Assembly (NCBI GenBank): GCA_000004985.1 | Contig: GG738858.1 | DNA: 64,000 nt | Direction: 5' to 3' (one strand) | Source: Naegleria gruberi | Lineage: Eukaryota | Shown here: one piece after another, positions 12,001-24,000 of the stretch | Layout: every line of letters begins with the position of its first letter | Numbering within the stretch: the stretch's first letter is position 1 | Program-made: the position numbers and the translations under genes | Notes under the pieces: generated by a model | Told to the model about the DNA's origin: nothing | Databases searched by the model: none | The model's input: only the letters and a program-made list of their open reading frames with translations

Positions 12001-15000
12001 NNNNNNNNNNNNNNNNNNNNNNNNNNNNNNNNNNNNNNNNNNNNNNNNNNNNNNNNNNNNNNNNNNNNNNNNNNNNNNNNNNNNNNNNNNNNNNNNNNNN
12101 NNNNNNNNNNNNNNNNNNNNNNNNNNNNNNNNNNNNNNNNNNNNNNNNNNNNNNNNNNNNNNNNNNNNNNNNNNNNNNNNNNNNNNNNNNNNNNNNNNNN
12201 NNNNNNNNNNNNNNNNNNNNNNNNNNNNNNNNNNNNNNNNNNNNNNNNNNNNNNNNNNNNNNNNNNNNNNNNNNNNNNNNNNNNNNNNNNNNNNNNNNNN
12301 NNNNNNNNNNNNNNNNNNNNNNNNNNNNNNNNNNNNNNNNNNNNNNNNNNNNNNNNNNNNNNNNNNNNNNNNNNNNNNNNNNNNNNNNNNNNNNNNNNNN
12401 NNNNNNNNNNNNNNNNNNNNNNNNNNNNNNNNNNNNNNNNNNNNNNNNNNNNNNNNNNNNNNNNNNNNNNNNNNNNNNNNNNNNNNNNNNNNNNNNNNNN
12501 NNNNNNNNNNNNNNNNNNNNNNNNNNNNNNNNNNNNNNNNNNNNNNNNNNNNNNNNNNNNNNNNNNNNNNNNNNNNNNNNNNNNNNNNNNNNNNNNNNNN
12601 NNNNNNNNNNNNNNNNNNNNNNNNNNNNNNNNNNNNNNNNNNNNNNNNNNNNNNNNNNNNNNNNNNNNNNNNNNNNNNNNNNNNNNNNNNNNNNNNNNNN
12701 NNNNNNNNNNNNNNNNNNNNNNNNNNNNNNNNNNNNNNNNNNNNNNNNNNNNNNNNNNNNNNNNNNNNNNNNNNNNNNNNNNNNNNNNNNNNNNNNNNNN
12801 NNNNNNNNNNNNNNNNNNNNNNNNNNNNNNNNNNNNNNNNNNNNNNNNNNNNNNNNNNNNNNNNNNNNNNNNNNNNNNNNNNNNNNNNNNNNNNNNNNNN
12901 NNNNNNNNNNNNNNNNNNNNNNNNNNNNNNNNNNNNNNNNNNNNNNNNNNNNNNNNNNNNNNNNNNNNNNNNNNNNNNNNNNNNNNNNNNNNNNNNNNNN
13001 NNNNNNNNNNNNNNNNNNNNNNNNNNNNNNNNNNNNNNNNNNNNNNNNNNNNNNNNNNNNNNNNNNNNNNNNNNNNNNNNNNNNNNNNNNNNNNNNNNNN
13101 NNNNNNNNNNNNNNNNNNNNNNNNNNNNNNNNNNNNNNNNNNNNNNNNNNNNNNNNNNNNNNNNNNNNNNNNNNNNNNNNNNNNNNNNNNNNNNNNNNNN
13201 NNNNNNNNNNNNNNNNNNNNNNNNNNNNNNNNNNNNNNNNNNNNNNNNNNNNNNNNNNNNNNNNNNNNNNNNNNNNNNNNNNNNNNNNNNNNNNNNNNNN
13301 NNNNNNNNNNNNNNNNNNNNNNNNNNNNNNNNNNNNNNNNNNNNNNNNNNNNNNNNNNNNNNNNNNNNNNNNNNNNNNNNNNNNNNNNNNNNNNNNNNNN
13401 NNNNNNNNNNNNNNNNNNNNNNNNNNNNNNNNNNNNNNNNNNNNNNNNNNNNNNNNNNNNNNNNNNNNNNNNNNNNNNNNNNNNNNNNNNNNNNNNNNNN
13501 NNNNNNNNNNNNNNNNNNNNNNNNNNNNNNNNNNNNNNNNNNNNNNNNNNNNNNNNNNNNNNNNNNNNNNNNNNNNNNNNNNNNNNNNNNNNNNNNNNNN
13601 NNNNNNNNNNNNNNNNNNNNNNNNNNNNNNNNNNNNNNNNNNNNNNNNNNNNNNNNNNNNNNNNNNNNNNNNNNNNNNNNNNNNNNNNNNNNNNNNNNNN
13701 NNNNNNNNNNNNNNNNNNNNNNNNNNNNNNNNNNNNNNNNNNNNNNNNNNNNNNNNNNNNNNNNNNNNNNNNNNNNNNNNNNNNNNNNNNNNNNNNNNNN
13801 NNNNNNNNNNNNNNNNNNNNNNNNNNNNNNNNNNNNNNNNNNNNNNNNNNNNNNNNNNNNNNNNNNNNNNNNNNNNNNNNNNNNNNNNNNNNNNNNNNNN
13901 NNNNNNNNNNNNNNNNNNNNNNNNNNNNNNNNNNNNNNNNNNNNNNNNNNNNNNNNNNNNNNNNNNNNNNNNNNNNNNNNNNNNNNNNNNNNNNNNNNNN
14001 NNNNNNNNNNNNNNNNNNNNNNNNNNNNNNNNNNNNNNNNNNNNNNNNNNNNNNNNNNNNNNNNNNNNNNNNNNNNNNNNNNNNNNNNNNNNNNNNNNNN
14101 NNNNNNNNNNNNNNNNNNNNNNNNNNNNNNNNNNNNNNNNNNNNNNNNNNNNNNNNNNNNNNNNNNNNNNNNNNNNNNNNNNNNNNNNNNNNNNNNNNNN
14201 NNNNNNNNNNNNNNNNNNNNNNNNNNNNNNNNNNNNNNNNNNNNNNNNNNNNNNNNNNNNNNNNNNNNNNNNNNNNNNNNNNNNNNNNNNNNNNNNNNNN
14301 NNNNNNNNNNNNNNNNNNNNNNNNNNNNNNNNNNNNNNNNNNNNNNNNNNNNNNNNNNNNNNNNNNNNNNNNNNNNNNNNNNNNNNNNNNNNNNNNNNNN
14401 NNNNNNNNNNNNNNNNNNNNNNNNNNNNNNNNNNNNNNNNNNNNNNNNNNNNNNNNNNNNNNNNNNNNNNNNNNNNNNNNNNNNNNNNNNNNNNNNNNNN
14501 NNNNNNNNNNNNNNNNNNNNNNNNNNNNNNNNNNNNNNNNNNNNNNNNNNNNNNNNNNNNNNNNNNNNNNNNNNNNNNNNNNNNNNNNNNNNNNNNNNNN
14601 NNNNNNNNNNNNNNNNNNNNNNNNNNNNNNNNNNNNNNNNNNNNNNNNNNNNNNNNNNNNNNNNNNNNNNNNNNNNNNNNNNNNNNNNNNNNNNNNNNNN
14701 NNNNNNNNNNNNNNNNNNNNNNNNNNNNNNNNNNNNNNNNNNNNNNNNNNNNNNNNNNNNNNNNNNNNNNNNNNNNNNNNNNNNNNNNNNNNNNNNNNNN
14801 NNNNNNNNNNNNNNNNNNNNNNNNNNNNNNNNNNNNNNNNNNNNNNNNNNNNNNNNNNNNNNNNNNNNNNNNNNNNNNNNNNNNNNNNNNNNNNNNNNNN
14901 NNNNNNNNNNNNNNNNNNNNNNNNNNNNNNNNNNNNNNNNNNNNNNNNNNNNNNNNNNNNNNNNNNNNNNNNNNNNNNNNNNNNNNNNNNNNNNNNNNNN

Positions 15001-18000
15001 NNNNNNNNNNNNNNNNNNNNNNNNNNNNNNNNNNNNNNNNNNNNNNNNNNNNNNNNNNNNNNNNNNNNNNNNNNNNNNNNNNNNNNNNNNNNNNNNNNNN
15101 NNNNNNNNNNNNNNNNNNNNNNNNNNNNNNNNNNNNNNNNNNNNNNNNNNNNNNNNNNNNNNNNNNNNNNNNNNNNNNNNNNNNNNNNNNNNNNNNNNNN
15201 NNNNNNNNNNNNNNNNNNNNNNNNNNNNNNNNNNNNNNNNNNNNNNNNNNNNNNNNNNNNNNNNNNNNNNNNNNNNNNNNNNNNNNNNNNNNNNNNNNNN
15301 NNNNNNNNNNNNNNNNNNNNNNNNNNNNNNNNNNNNNNNNNNNNNNNNNNNNNNNNNNNNNNNNNNNNNNNNNNNNNNNNNNNNNNNNNNNNNNNNNNNN
15401 NNNNNNNNNNNNNNNNNNNNNNNNNNNNNNNNNNNNNNNNNNNNNNNNNNNNNNNNNNNNNNNNNNNNNNNNNNNNNNNNNNNNNNNNNNNNNNNNNNNN
15501 NNNNNNNNNNNNNNNNNNNNNNNNNNNNNNNNNNNNNNNNNNNNNNNNNNNNNNNNNNNNNNNNNNNNNNNNNNNNNNNNNNNNNNNNNNNNNNNNNNNN
15601 NNNNNNNNNNNNNNNNNNNNNNNNNNNNNNNNNNNNNNNNNNNNNNNNNNNNNNNNNNNNNNNNNNNNNNNNNNNNNNNNNNNNNNNNNNNNNNNNNNNN
15701 NNNNNNNNNNNNNNNNNNNNNNNNNNNNNNNNNNNNNNNNNNNNNNNNNNNNNNNNNNNNNNNNNNNNNNNNNNNNNNNNNNNNNNNNNNNNNNNNNNNN
15801 NNNNNNNNNNNNNNNNNNNNNNNNNNNNNNNNNNNNNNNNNNNNNNNNNNNNNNNNNNNNNNNNNNNNNNNNNNNNNNNNNNNNNNNNNNNNNNNNNNNN
15901 NNNNNNNNNNNNNNNNNNNNNNNNNNNNNNNNNNNNNNNNNNNNNNNNNNNNNNNNNNNNNNNNNNNNNNNNNNNNNNNNNNNNNNNNNNNNNNNNNNNN
16001 NNNNNNNNNNNNNNNNNNNNNNNNNNNNNNNNNNNNNNNNNNNNNNNNNNNNNNNNNNNNNNNNNNNNNNNNNNNNNNNNNNNNNNNNNNNNNNNNNNNN
16101 NNNNNNNNNNNNNNNNNNNNNNNNNNNNNNNNNNNNNNNNNNNNNNNNNNNNNNNNNNNNNNNNNNNNNNNNNNNNNNNNNNNNNNNNNNNNNNNNNNNN
16201 NNNNNNNNNNNNNNNNNNNNNNNNNNNNNNNNNNNNNNNNNNNNNNNNNNNNNNNNNNNNNNNNNNNNNNNNNNNNNNNNNNNNNNNNNNNNNNNNNNNN
16301 NNNNNNNNNNNNNNNNNNNNNNNNNNNNNNNNNNNNNNNNNNNNNNNNNNNNNNNNNNNNNNNNNNNNNNNNNNNNNNNNNNNNNNNNNNNNNNNNNNNN
16401 NNNNNNNNNNNNNNNNNNNNNNNNNNNNNNNNNNNNNNNNNNNNNNNNNNNNNNNNNNNNNNNNNNNNNNNNNNNNNNNNNNNNNNNNNNNNNNNNNNNN
16501 NNNNNNNNNNNNNNNNNNNNNNNNNNNNNNNNNNNNNNNNNNNNNNNNNNNNNNNNNNNNNNNNNNNNNNNNNNNNNNNNNNNNNNNNNNNNNNNNNNNN
16601 NNNNNNNNNNNNNNNNNNNNNNNNNNNNNNNNNNNNNNNNNNNNNNNNNNNNNNNNNNNNNNNNNNNNNNNNNNNNNNNNNNNNNNNNNNNNNNNNNNNN
16701 NNNNNNNNNNNNNNNNNNNNNNNNNNNNNNNNNNNNNNNNNNNNNNNNNNNNNNNNNNNNNNNNNNNNNNNNNNNNNNNNNNNNNNNNNNNNNNNNNNNN
16801 NNNNNNNNNNNNNNNNNNNNNNNNNNNNNNNNNNNNNNNNNNNNNNNNNNNNNNNNNNNNNNNNNNNNNNNNNNNNNNNNNNNNNNNNNNNNNNNNNNNN
16901 NNNNNNNNNNNNNNNNNNNNNNNNNNNNNNNNNNNNNNNNNNNNNNNNNNNNNNNNNNNNNNNNNNNNNNNNNNNNNNNNNNNNNNNNNNNNNNNNNNNN
17001 NNNNNNNNNNNNNNNNNNNNNNNNNNNNNNNNNNNNNNNNNNNNNNNNNNNNNNNNNNNNNNNNNNNNNNNNNNNNNNNNNNNNNNNNNNNNNNNNNNNN
17101 NNNNNNNNNNNNNNNNNNNNNNNNNNNNNNNNNNNNNNNNNNNNNNNNNNNNNNNNNNNNNNNNNNNNNNNNNNNNNNNNNNNNNNNNNNNNNNNNNNNN
17201 NNNNNNNNNNNNNNNNNNNNNNNNNNNNNNNNNNNNNNNNNNNNNNNNNNNNNNNNNNNNNNNNNNNNNNNNNNNNNNNNNNNNNNNNNNNNNNNNNNNN
17301 NNNNNNNNNNNNNNNNNNNNNNNNNNNNNNNNNNNNNNNNNNNNNNNNNNNNNNNNNNNNNNNNNNNNNNNNNNNNNNNNNNNNNNNNNNNNNNNNNNNN
17401 NNNNNNNNNNNNNNNNNNNNNNNNNNNNNNNNNNNNNNNNNNNNNNNNNNNNNNNNNNNNNNNNNNNNNNNNNNNNNNNNNNNNNNNNNNNNNNNNNNNN
17501 NNNNNNNNNNNNNNNNNNNNNNNNNNNNNNNNNNNNNNNNNNNNNNNNNNNNNNNNNNNNNNNNNNNNNNNNNNNNNNNNNNNNNNNNNNNNNNNNNNNN
17601 NNNNNNNNNNNNNNNNNNNNNNNNNNNNNNNNNNNNNNNNNNNNNNNNNNNNNNNNNNNNNNNNNNNNNNNNNNNNNNNNNNNNNNNNNNNNNNNNNNNN
17701 NNNNNNNNNNNNNNNNNNNNNNNNNNNNNNNNNNNNNNNNNNNNNNNNNNNNNNNNNNNNNNNNNNNNNNNNNNNNNNNNNNNNNNNNNNNNNNNNNNNN
17801 NNNNNNNNNNNNNNNNNNNNNNNNNNNNNNNNNNNNNNNNNNNNNNNNNNNNNNNNNNNNNNNNNNNNNNNNNNNNNNNNNNNNNNNNNNNNNNNNNNNN
17901 NNNNNNNNNNNNNNNNNNNNNNNNNNNNNNNNNNNNNNNNNNNNNNNNNNNNNNNNNNNNNNNNNNNNNNNNNNNNNNNNNNNNNNNNNNNNNNNNNNNN

Positions 18001-21000
18001 NNNNNNNNNNNNNNNNNNNNNNNNNNNNNNNNNNNNNNNNNNNNNNNNNNNNNNNNNNNNNNNNNNNNNNNNNNNNNNNNNNNNNNNNNNNNNNNNNNNN
18101 NNNNNNNNNNNNNNNNNNNNNNNNNNNNNNNNNNNNNNNNNNNNNNNNNNNNNNNNNNNNNNNNNNNNNNNNNNNNNNNNNNNNNNNNNNNNNNNNNNNN
18201 NNNNNNNNNNNNNNNNNNNNNNNNNNNNNNNNNNNNNNNNNNNNNNNNNNNNNNNNNNNNNNNNNNNNNNNNNNNNNNNNNNNNNNNNNNNNNNNNNNNN
18301 NNNNNNNNNNNNNNNNNNNNNNNNNNNNNNNNNNNNNNNNNNNNNNNNNNNNNNNNNNNNNNNNNNNNNNNNNNNNNNNNNNNNNNNNNNNNNNNNNNNN
18401 NNNNNNNNNNNNNNNNNNNNNNNNNNNNNNNNNNNNNNNNNNNNNNNNNNNNNNNNNNNNNNNNNNNNNNNNNNNNNNNNNNNNNNNNNNNNNNNNNNNN
18501 NNNNNNNNNNNNNNNNNNNNNNNNNNNNNNNNNNNNNNNNNNNNNNNNNNNNNNNNNNNNNNNNNNNNNNNNNNNNNNNNNNNNNNNNNNNNNNNNNNNN
18601 NNNNNNNNNNNNNNNNNNNNNNNNNNNNNNNNNNNNNNNNNNNNNNNNNNNNNNNNNNNNNNNNNNNNNNNNNNNNNNNNNNNNNNNNNNNNNNNNNNNN
18701 NNNNNNNNNNNNNNNNNNNNNNNNNNNNNNNNNNNNNNNNNNNNNNNNNNNNNNNNNNNNNNNNNNNNNNNNNNNNNNNNNNNNNNNNNNNNNNNNNNNN
18801 NNNNNNNNNNNNNNNNNNNNNNNNNNNNNNNNNNNNNNNNNNNNNNNNNNNNNNNNNNNNNNNNNNNNNNNNNNNNNNNNNNNNNNNNNNNNNNNNNNNN
18901 NNNNNNNNNNNNNNNNNNNNNNNNNNNNNNNNNNNNNNNNNNNNNNNNNNNNNNNNNNNNNNNNNNNNNNNNNNNNNNNNNNNNNNNNNNNNNNNNNNNN
19001 NNNNNNNNNNNNNNNNNNNNNNNNNNNNNNNNNNNNNNNNNNNNNNNNNNNNNNNNNNNNNNNNNNNNNNNNNNNNNNNNNNNNNNNNNNNNNNNNNNNN
19101 NNNNNNNNNNNNNNNNNNNNNNNNNNNNNNNNNNNNNNNNNNNNNNNNNNNNNNNNNNNNNNNNNNNNNNNNNNNNNNNNNNNNNNNNNNNNNNNNNNNN
19201 NNNNNNNNNNNNNNNNNNNNNNNNNNNNNNNNNNNNNNNNNNNNNNNNNNNNNNNNNNNNNNNNNNNNNNNNNNNNNNNNNNNNNNNNNNNNNNNNNNNN
19301 NNNNNNNNNNNNNNNNNNNNNNNNNNNNNNNNNNNNNNNNNNNNNNNNNNNNNNNNNNNNNNNNNNNNNNNNNNNNNNNNNNNNNNNNNNNNNNNNNNNN
19401 NNNNNNNNNNNNNNNNNNNNNNNNNNNNNNNNNNNNNNNNNNNNNNNNNNNNNNNNNNNNNNNNNNNNNNNNNNNNNNNNNNNNNNNNNNNNNNNNNNNN
19501 NNNNNNNNNNNNNNNNNNNNNNNNNNNNNNNNNNNNNNNNNNNNNNNNNNNNNNNNNNNNNNNNNNNNNNNNNNNNNNNNNNNNNNNNNNNNNNNNNNNN
19601 NNNNNNNNNNNNNNNNNNNNNNNNNNNNNNNNNNNNNNNNNNNNNNNNNNNNNNNNNNNNNNNNNNNNNNNNNNNNNNNNNNNNNNNNNNNNNNNNNNNN
19701 NNNNNNNNNNNNNNNNNNNNNNNNNNNNNNNNNNNNNNNNNNNNNNNNNNNNNNNNNNNNNNNNNNNNNNNNNNNNNNNNNNNNNNNNNNNNNNNNNNNN
19801 NNNNNNNNNNNNNNNNNNNNNNNNNNNNNNNNNNNNNNNNNNNNNNNNNNNNNNNNNNNNNNNNNNNNNNNNNNNNNNNNNNNNNNNNNNNNNNNNNNNN
19901 NNNNNNNNNNNNNNNNNNNNNNNNNNNNNNNNNNNNNNNNNNNNNNNNNNNNNNNNNNNNNNNNNNNNNNNNNNNNNNNNNNNNNNNNNNNNNNNNNNNN
20001 NNNNNNNNNNNNNNNNNNNNNNNNNNNNNNNNNNNNNNNNNNNNNNNNNNNNNNNNNNNNNNNNNNNNNNNNNNNNNNNNNNNNNNNNNNNNNNNNNNNN
20101 NNNNNNNNNNNNNNNNNNNNNNNNNNNNNNNNNNNNNNNNNNNNNNNNNNNNNNNNNNNNNNNNNNNNNNNNNNNNNNNNNNNNNNNNNNNNNNNNNNNN
20201 NNNNNNNNNNNNNNNNNNNNNNNNNNNNNNNNNNNNNNNNNNNNNNNNNNNNNNNNNNNNNNNNNNNNNNNNNNNNNNNNNNNNNNNNNNNNNNNNNNNN
20301 NNNNNNNNNNNNNNNNNNNNNNNNNNNNNNNNNNNNNNNNNNNNNNNNNNNNNNNNNNNNNNNNNNNNNNNNNNNNNNNNNNNNNNNNNNNNNNNNNNNN
20401 NNNNNNNNNNNNNNNNNNNNNNNNNNNNNNNNNNNNNNNNNNNNNNNNNNNNNNNNNNNNNNNNNNNNNNNNNNNNNNNNNNNNNNNNNNNNNNNNNNNN
20501 NNNNNNNNNNNNNNNNNNNNNNNNNNNNNNNNNNNNNNNNNNNNNNNNNNNNNNNNNNNNNNNNNNNNNNNNNNNNNNNNNNNNNNNNNNNNNNNNNNNN
20601 NNNNNNNNNNNNNNNNNNNNNNNNNNNNNNNNNNNNNNNNNNNNNNNNNNNNNNNNNNNNNNNNNNNNNNNNNNNNNNNNNNNNNNNNNNNNNNNNNNNN
20701 NNNNNNNNNNNNNNNNNNNNNNNNNNNNNNNNNNNNNNNNNNNNNNNNNNNNNNNNNNNNNNNNNNNNNNNNNNNNNNNNNNNNNNNNNNNNNNNNNNNN
20801 NNNNNNNNNNNNNNNNNNNNNNNNNNNNNNNNNNNNNNNNNNNNNNNNNNNNNNNNNNNNNNNNNNNNNNNNNNNNNNNNNNNNNNNNNNNNNNNNNNNN
20901 NNNNNNNNNNNNNNNNNNNNNNNNNNNNNNNNNNNNNNNNNNNNNNNNNNNNNNNNNNNNNNNNNNNNNNNNNNNNNNNNNNNNNNNNNNNNNNNNNNNN

Positions 21001-24000
21001 NNNNNNNNNNNNNNNNNNNNNNNNNNNNNNNNNNNNNNNNNNNNNNNNNNNNNNNNNNNNNNNNNNNNNNNNNNNNNNNNNNNNNNNNNNNNNNNNNNNN
21101 NNNNNNNNNNNNNNNNNNNNNNNNNNNNNNNNNNNNNNNNNNNNNNNNNNNNNNNNNNNNNNNNNNNNNNNNNNNNNNNNNNNNNNNNNNNNNNNNNNNN
21201 NNNNNNNNNNNNNNNNNNNNNNNNNNNNNNNNNNNNNNNNNNNNNNNNNNNNNNNNNNNNNNNNNNNNNNNNNNNNNNNNNNNNNNNNNNNNNNNNNNNN
21301 NNNNNNNNNNNNNNNNNNNNNNNNNNNNNNNNNNNNNNNNNNNNNNNNNNNNNNNNNNNNNNNNNNNNNNNNNNNNNNNNNNNNNNNNNNNNNNNNNNNN
21401 NNNNNNNNNNNNNNNNNNNNNNNNNNNNNNNNNNNNNNNNNNNNNNNNNNNNNNNNNNNNNNNNNNNNNNNNNNNNNNNNNNNNNNNNNNNNNNNNNNNN
21501 NNNNNNNNNNNNNNNNNNNNNNNNNNNNNNNNNNNNNNNNNNNNNNNNNNNNNNNNNNNNNNNNNNNNNNNNNNNNNNNNNNNNNNNNNNNNNNNNNNNN
21601 NNNNNNNNNNNNNNNNNNNNNNNNNNNNNNNNNNNNNNNNNNNNNNNNNNNNNNNNNNNNNNNNNNNNNNNNNNNNNNNNNNNNNNNNNNNNNNNNNNNN
21701 NNNNNNNNNNNNNNNNNNNNNNNNNNNNNNNNNNNNNNNNNNNNNNNNNNNNNNNNNNNNNNNNNNNNNNNNNNNNNNNNNNNNNNNNNNNNNNNNNNNN
21801 NNNNNNNNNNNNNNNNNNNNNNNNNNNNNNNNNNNNNNNNNNNNNNNNNNNNNNNNNNNNNNNNNNNNNNNNNNNNNNNNNNNNNNNNNNNNNNNNNNNN
21901 NNNNNNNNNNNNNNNNNNNNNNNNNNNNNNNNNNNNNNNNNNNNNNNNNNNNNNNNNNNNNNNNNNNNNNNNNNNNNNNNNNNNNNNNNNNNNNNNNNNN
22001 NNNNNNNNNNNNNNNNNNNNNNNNNNNNNNNNNNNNNNNNNNNNNNNNNNNNNNNNNNNNNNNNNNNNNNNNNNNNNNNNNNNNNNNNNNNNNNNNNNNN
22101 NNNNNNNNNNNNNNNNNNNNNNNNNNNNNNNNNNNNNNNNNNNNNNNNNNNNNNNNNNNNNNNNNNNNNNNNNNNNNNNNNNNNNNNNNNNNNNNNNNNN
22201 NNNNNNNNNNNNNNNNNNNNNNNNNNNNNNNNNNNNNNNNNNNNNNNNNNNNNNNNNNNNNNNNNNNNNNNNNNNNNNNNNNNNNNNNNNNNNNNNNNNN
22301 NNNNNNNNNNNNNNNNNNNNNNNNNNNNNNNNNNNNNNNNNNNNNNNNNNNNNNNNNNNNNNNNNNNNNNNNNNNNNNNNNNNNNNNNNNNNNNNNNNNN
22401 NNNNNNNNNNNNNNNNNNNNNNNNNNNNNNNNNNNNNNNNNNNNNNNNNNNNNNNNNNNNNNNNNNNNNNNNNNNNNNNNNNNNNNNNNNNNNNNNNNNN
22501 NNNNNNNNNNNNNNNNNNNNNNNNNNNNNNNNNNNNNNNNNNNNNNNNNNNNNNNNNNNNNNNNNNNNNNNNNNNNNNNNNNNNNNNNNNNNNNNNNNNN
22601 NNNNNNNNNNNNNNNNNNNNNNNNNNNNNNNNNNNNNNNNNNNNNNNNNNNNNNNNNNNNNNNNNNNNNNNNNNNNNNNNNNNNNNNNNNNNNNNNNNNN
22701 NNNNNNNNNNNNNNNNNNNNNNNNNNNNNNNNNNNNNNNNNNNNNNNNNNNNNNNNNNNNNNNNNNNNNNNNNNNNNNNNNNNNNNNNNNNNNNNNNNNN
22801 NNNNNNNNNNNNNNNNNNNNNNNNNNNNNNNNNNNNNNNNNNNNNNNNNNNNNNNNNNNNNNNNNNNNNNNNNNNNNNNNNNNNNNNNNNNNNNNNNNNN
22901 NNNNNNNNNNNNNNNNNNNNNNNNNNNNNNNNNNNNNNNNNNNNNNNNNNNNNNNNNNNNNNNNNNNNNNNNNNNNNNNNNNNNNNNNNNNNNNNNNNNN
23001 NNNNNNNNNNNNNNNNNNNNNNNNNNNNNNNNNNNNNNNNNNNNNNNNNNNNNNNNNNNNNNNNNNNNNNNNNNNNNNNNNNNNNNNNNNNNNNNNNNNN
23101 NNNNNNNNNNNNNNNNNNNNNNNNNNNNNNNNNNNNNNNNNNNNNNNNNNNNNNNNNNNNNNNNNNNNNNNNNNNNNNNNNNNNNNNNNNNNNNNNNNNN
23201 NNNNNNNNNNNNNNNNNNNNNNNNNNNNNNNNNNNNNNNNNNNNNNNNNNNNNNNNNNNNNNNNNNNNNNNNNNNNNNNNNNNNNNNNNNNNNNNNNNNN
23301 NNNNNNNNNNNNNNNNNNNNNNNNNNNNNNNNNNNNNNNNNNNNNNNNNNNNNNNNNNNNNNNNNNNNNNNNNNNNNNNNNNNNNNNNNNNNNNNNNNNN
23401 NNNNNNNNNNNNNNNNNNNNNNNNNNNNNNNNNNNNNNNNNNNNNNNNNNNNNNNNNNNNNNNNNNNNNNNNNNNNNNNNNNNNNNNNNNNNNNNNNNNN
23501 NNNNNNNNNNNNNNNNNNNNNNNNNNNNNNNNNNNNNNNNNNNNNNNNNNNNNNNNNNNNNNNNNNNNNNNNNNNNNNNNNNNNNNNNNNNNNNNNNNNN
23601 NNNNNNNNNNNNNNNNNNNNNNNNNNNNNNNNNNNNNNNNNNNNNNNNNNNNNNNNNNNNNNNNNNNNNNNNNNNNNNNNNNNNNNNNNNNNNNNNNNNN
23701 NNNNNNNNNNNNNNNNNNNNNNNNNNNNNNNNNNNNNNNNNNNNNNNNNNNNNNNNNNNNNNNNNNNNNNNNNNNNNNNNNNNNNNNNNNNNNNNNNNNN
23801 NNNNNNNNNNNNNNNNNNNNNNNNNNNNNNNNNNNNNNNNNNNNNNNNNNNNNNNNNNNNNNNNNNNNNNNNNNNNNNNNNNNNNNNNNNNNNNNNNNNN
23901 NNNNNNNNNNNNNNNNNNNNNNNNNNNNNNNNNNNNNNNNNNNNNNNNNNNNNNNNNNNNNNNNNNNNNNNNNNNNNNNNNNNNNNNNNNNNNNNNNNNN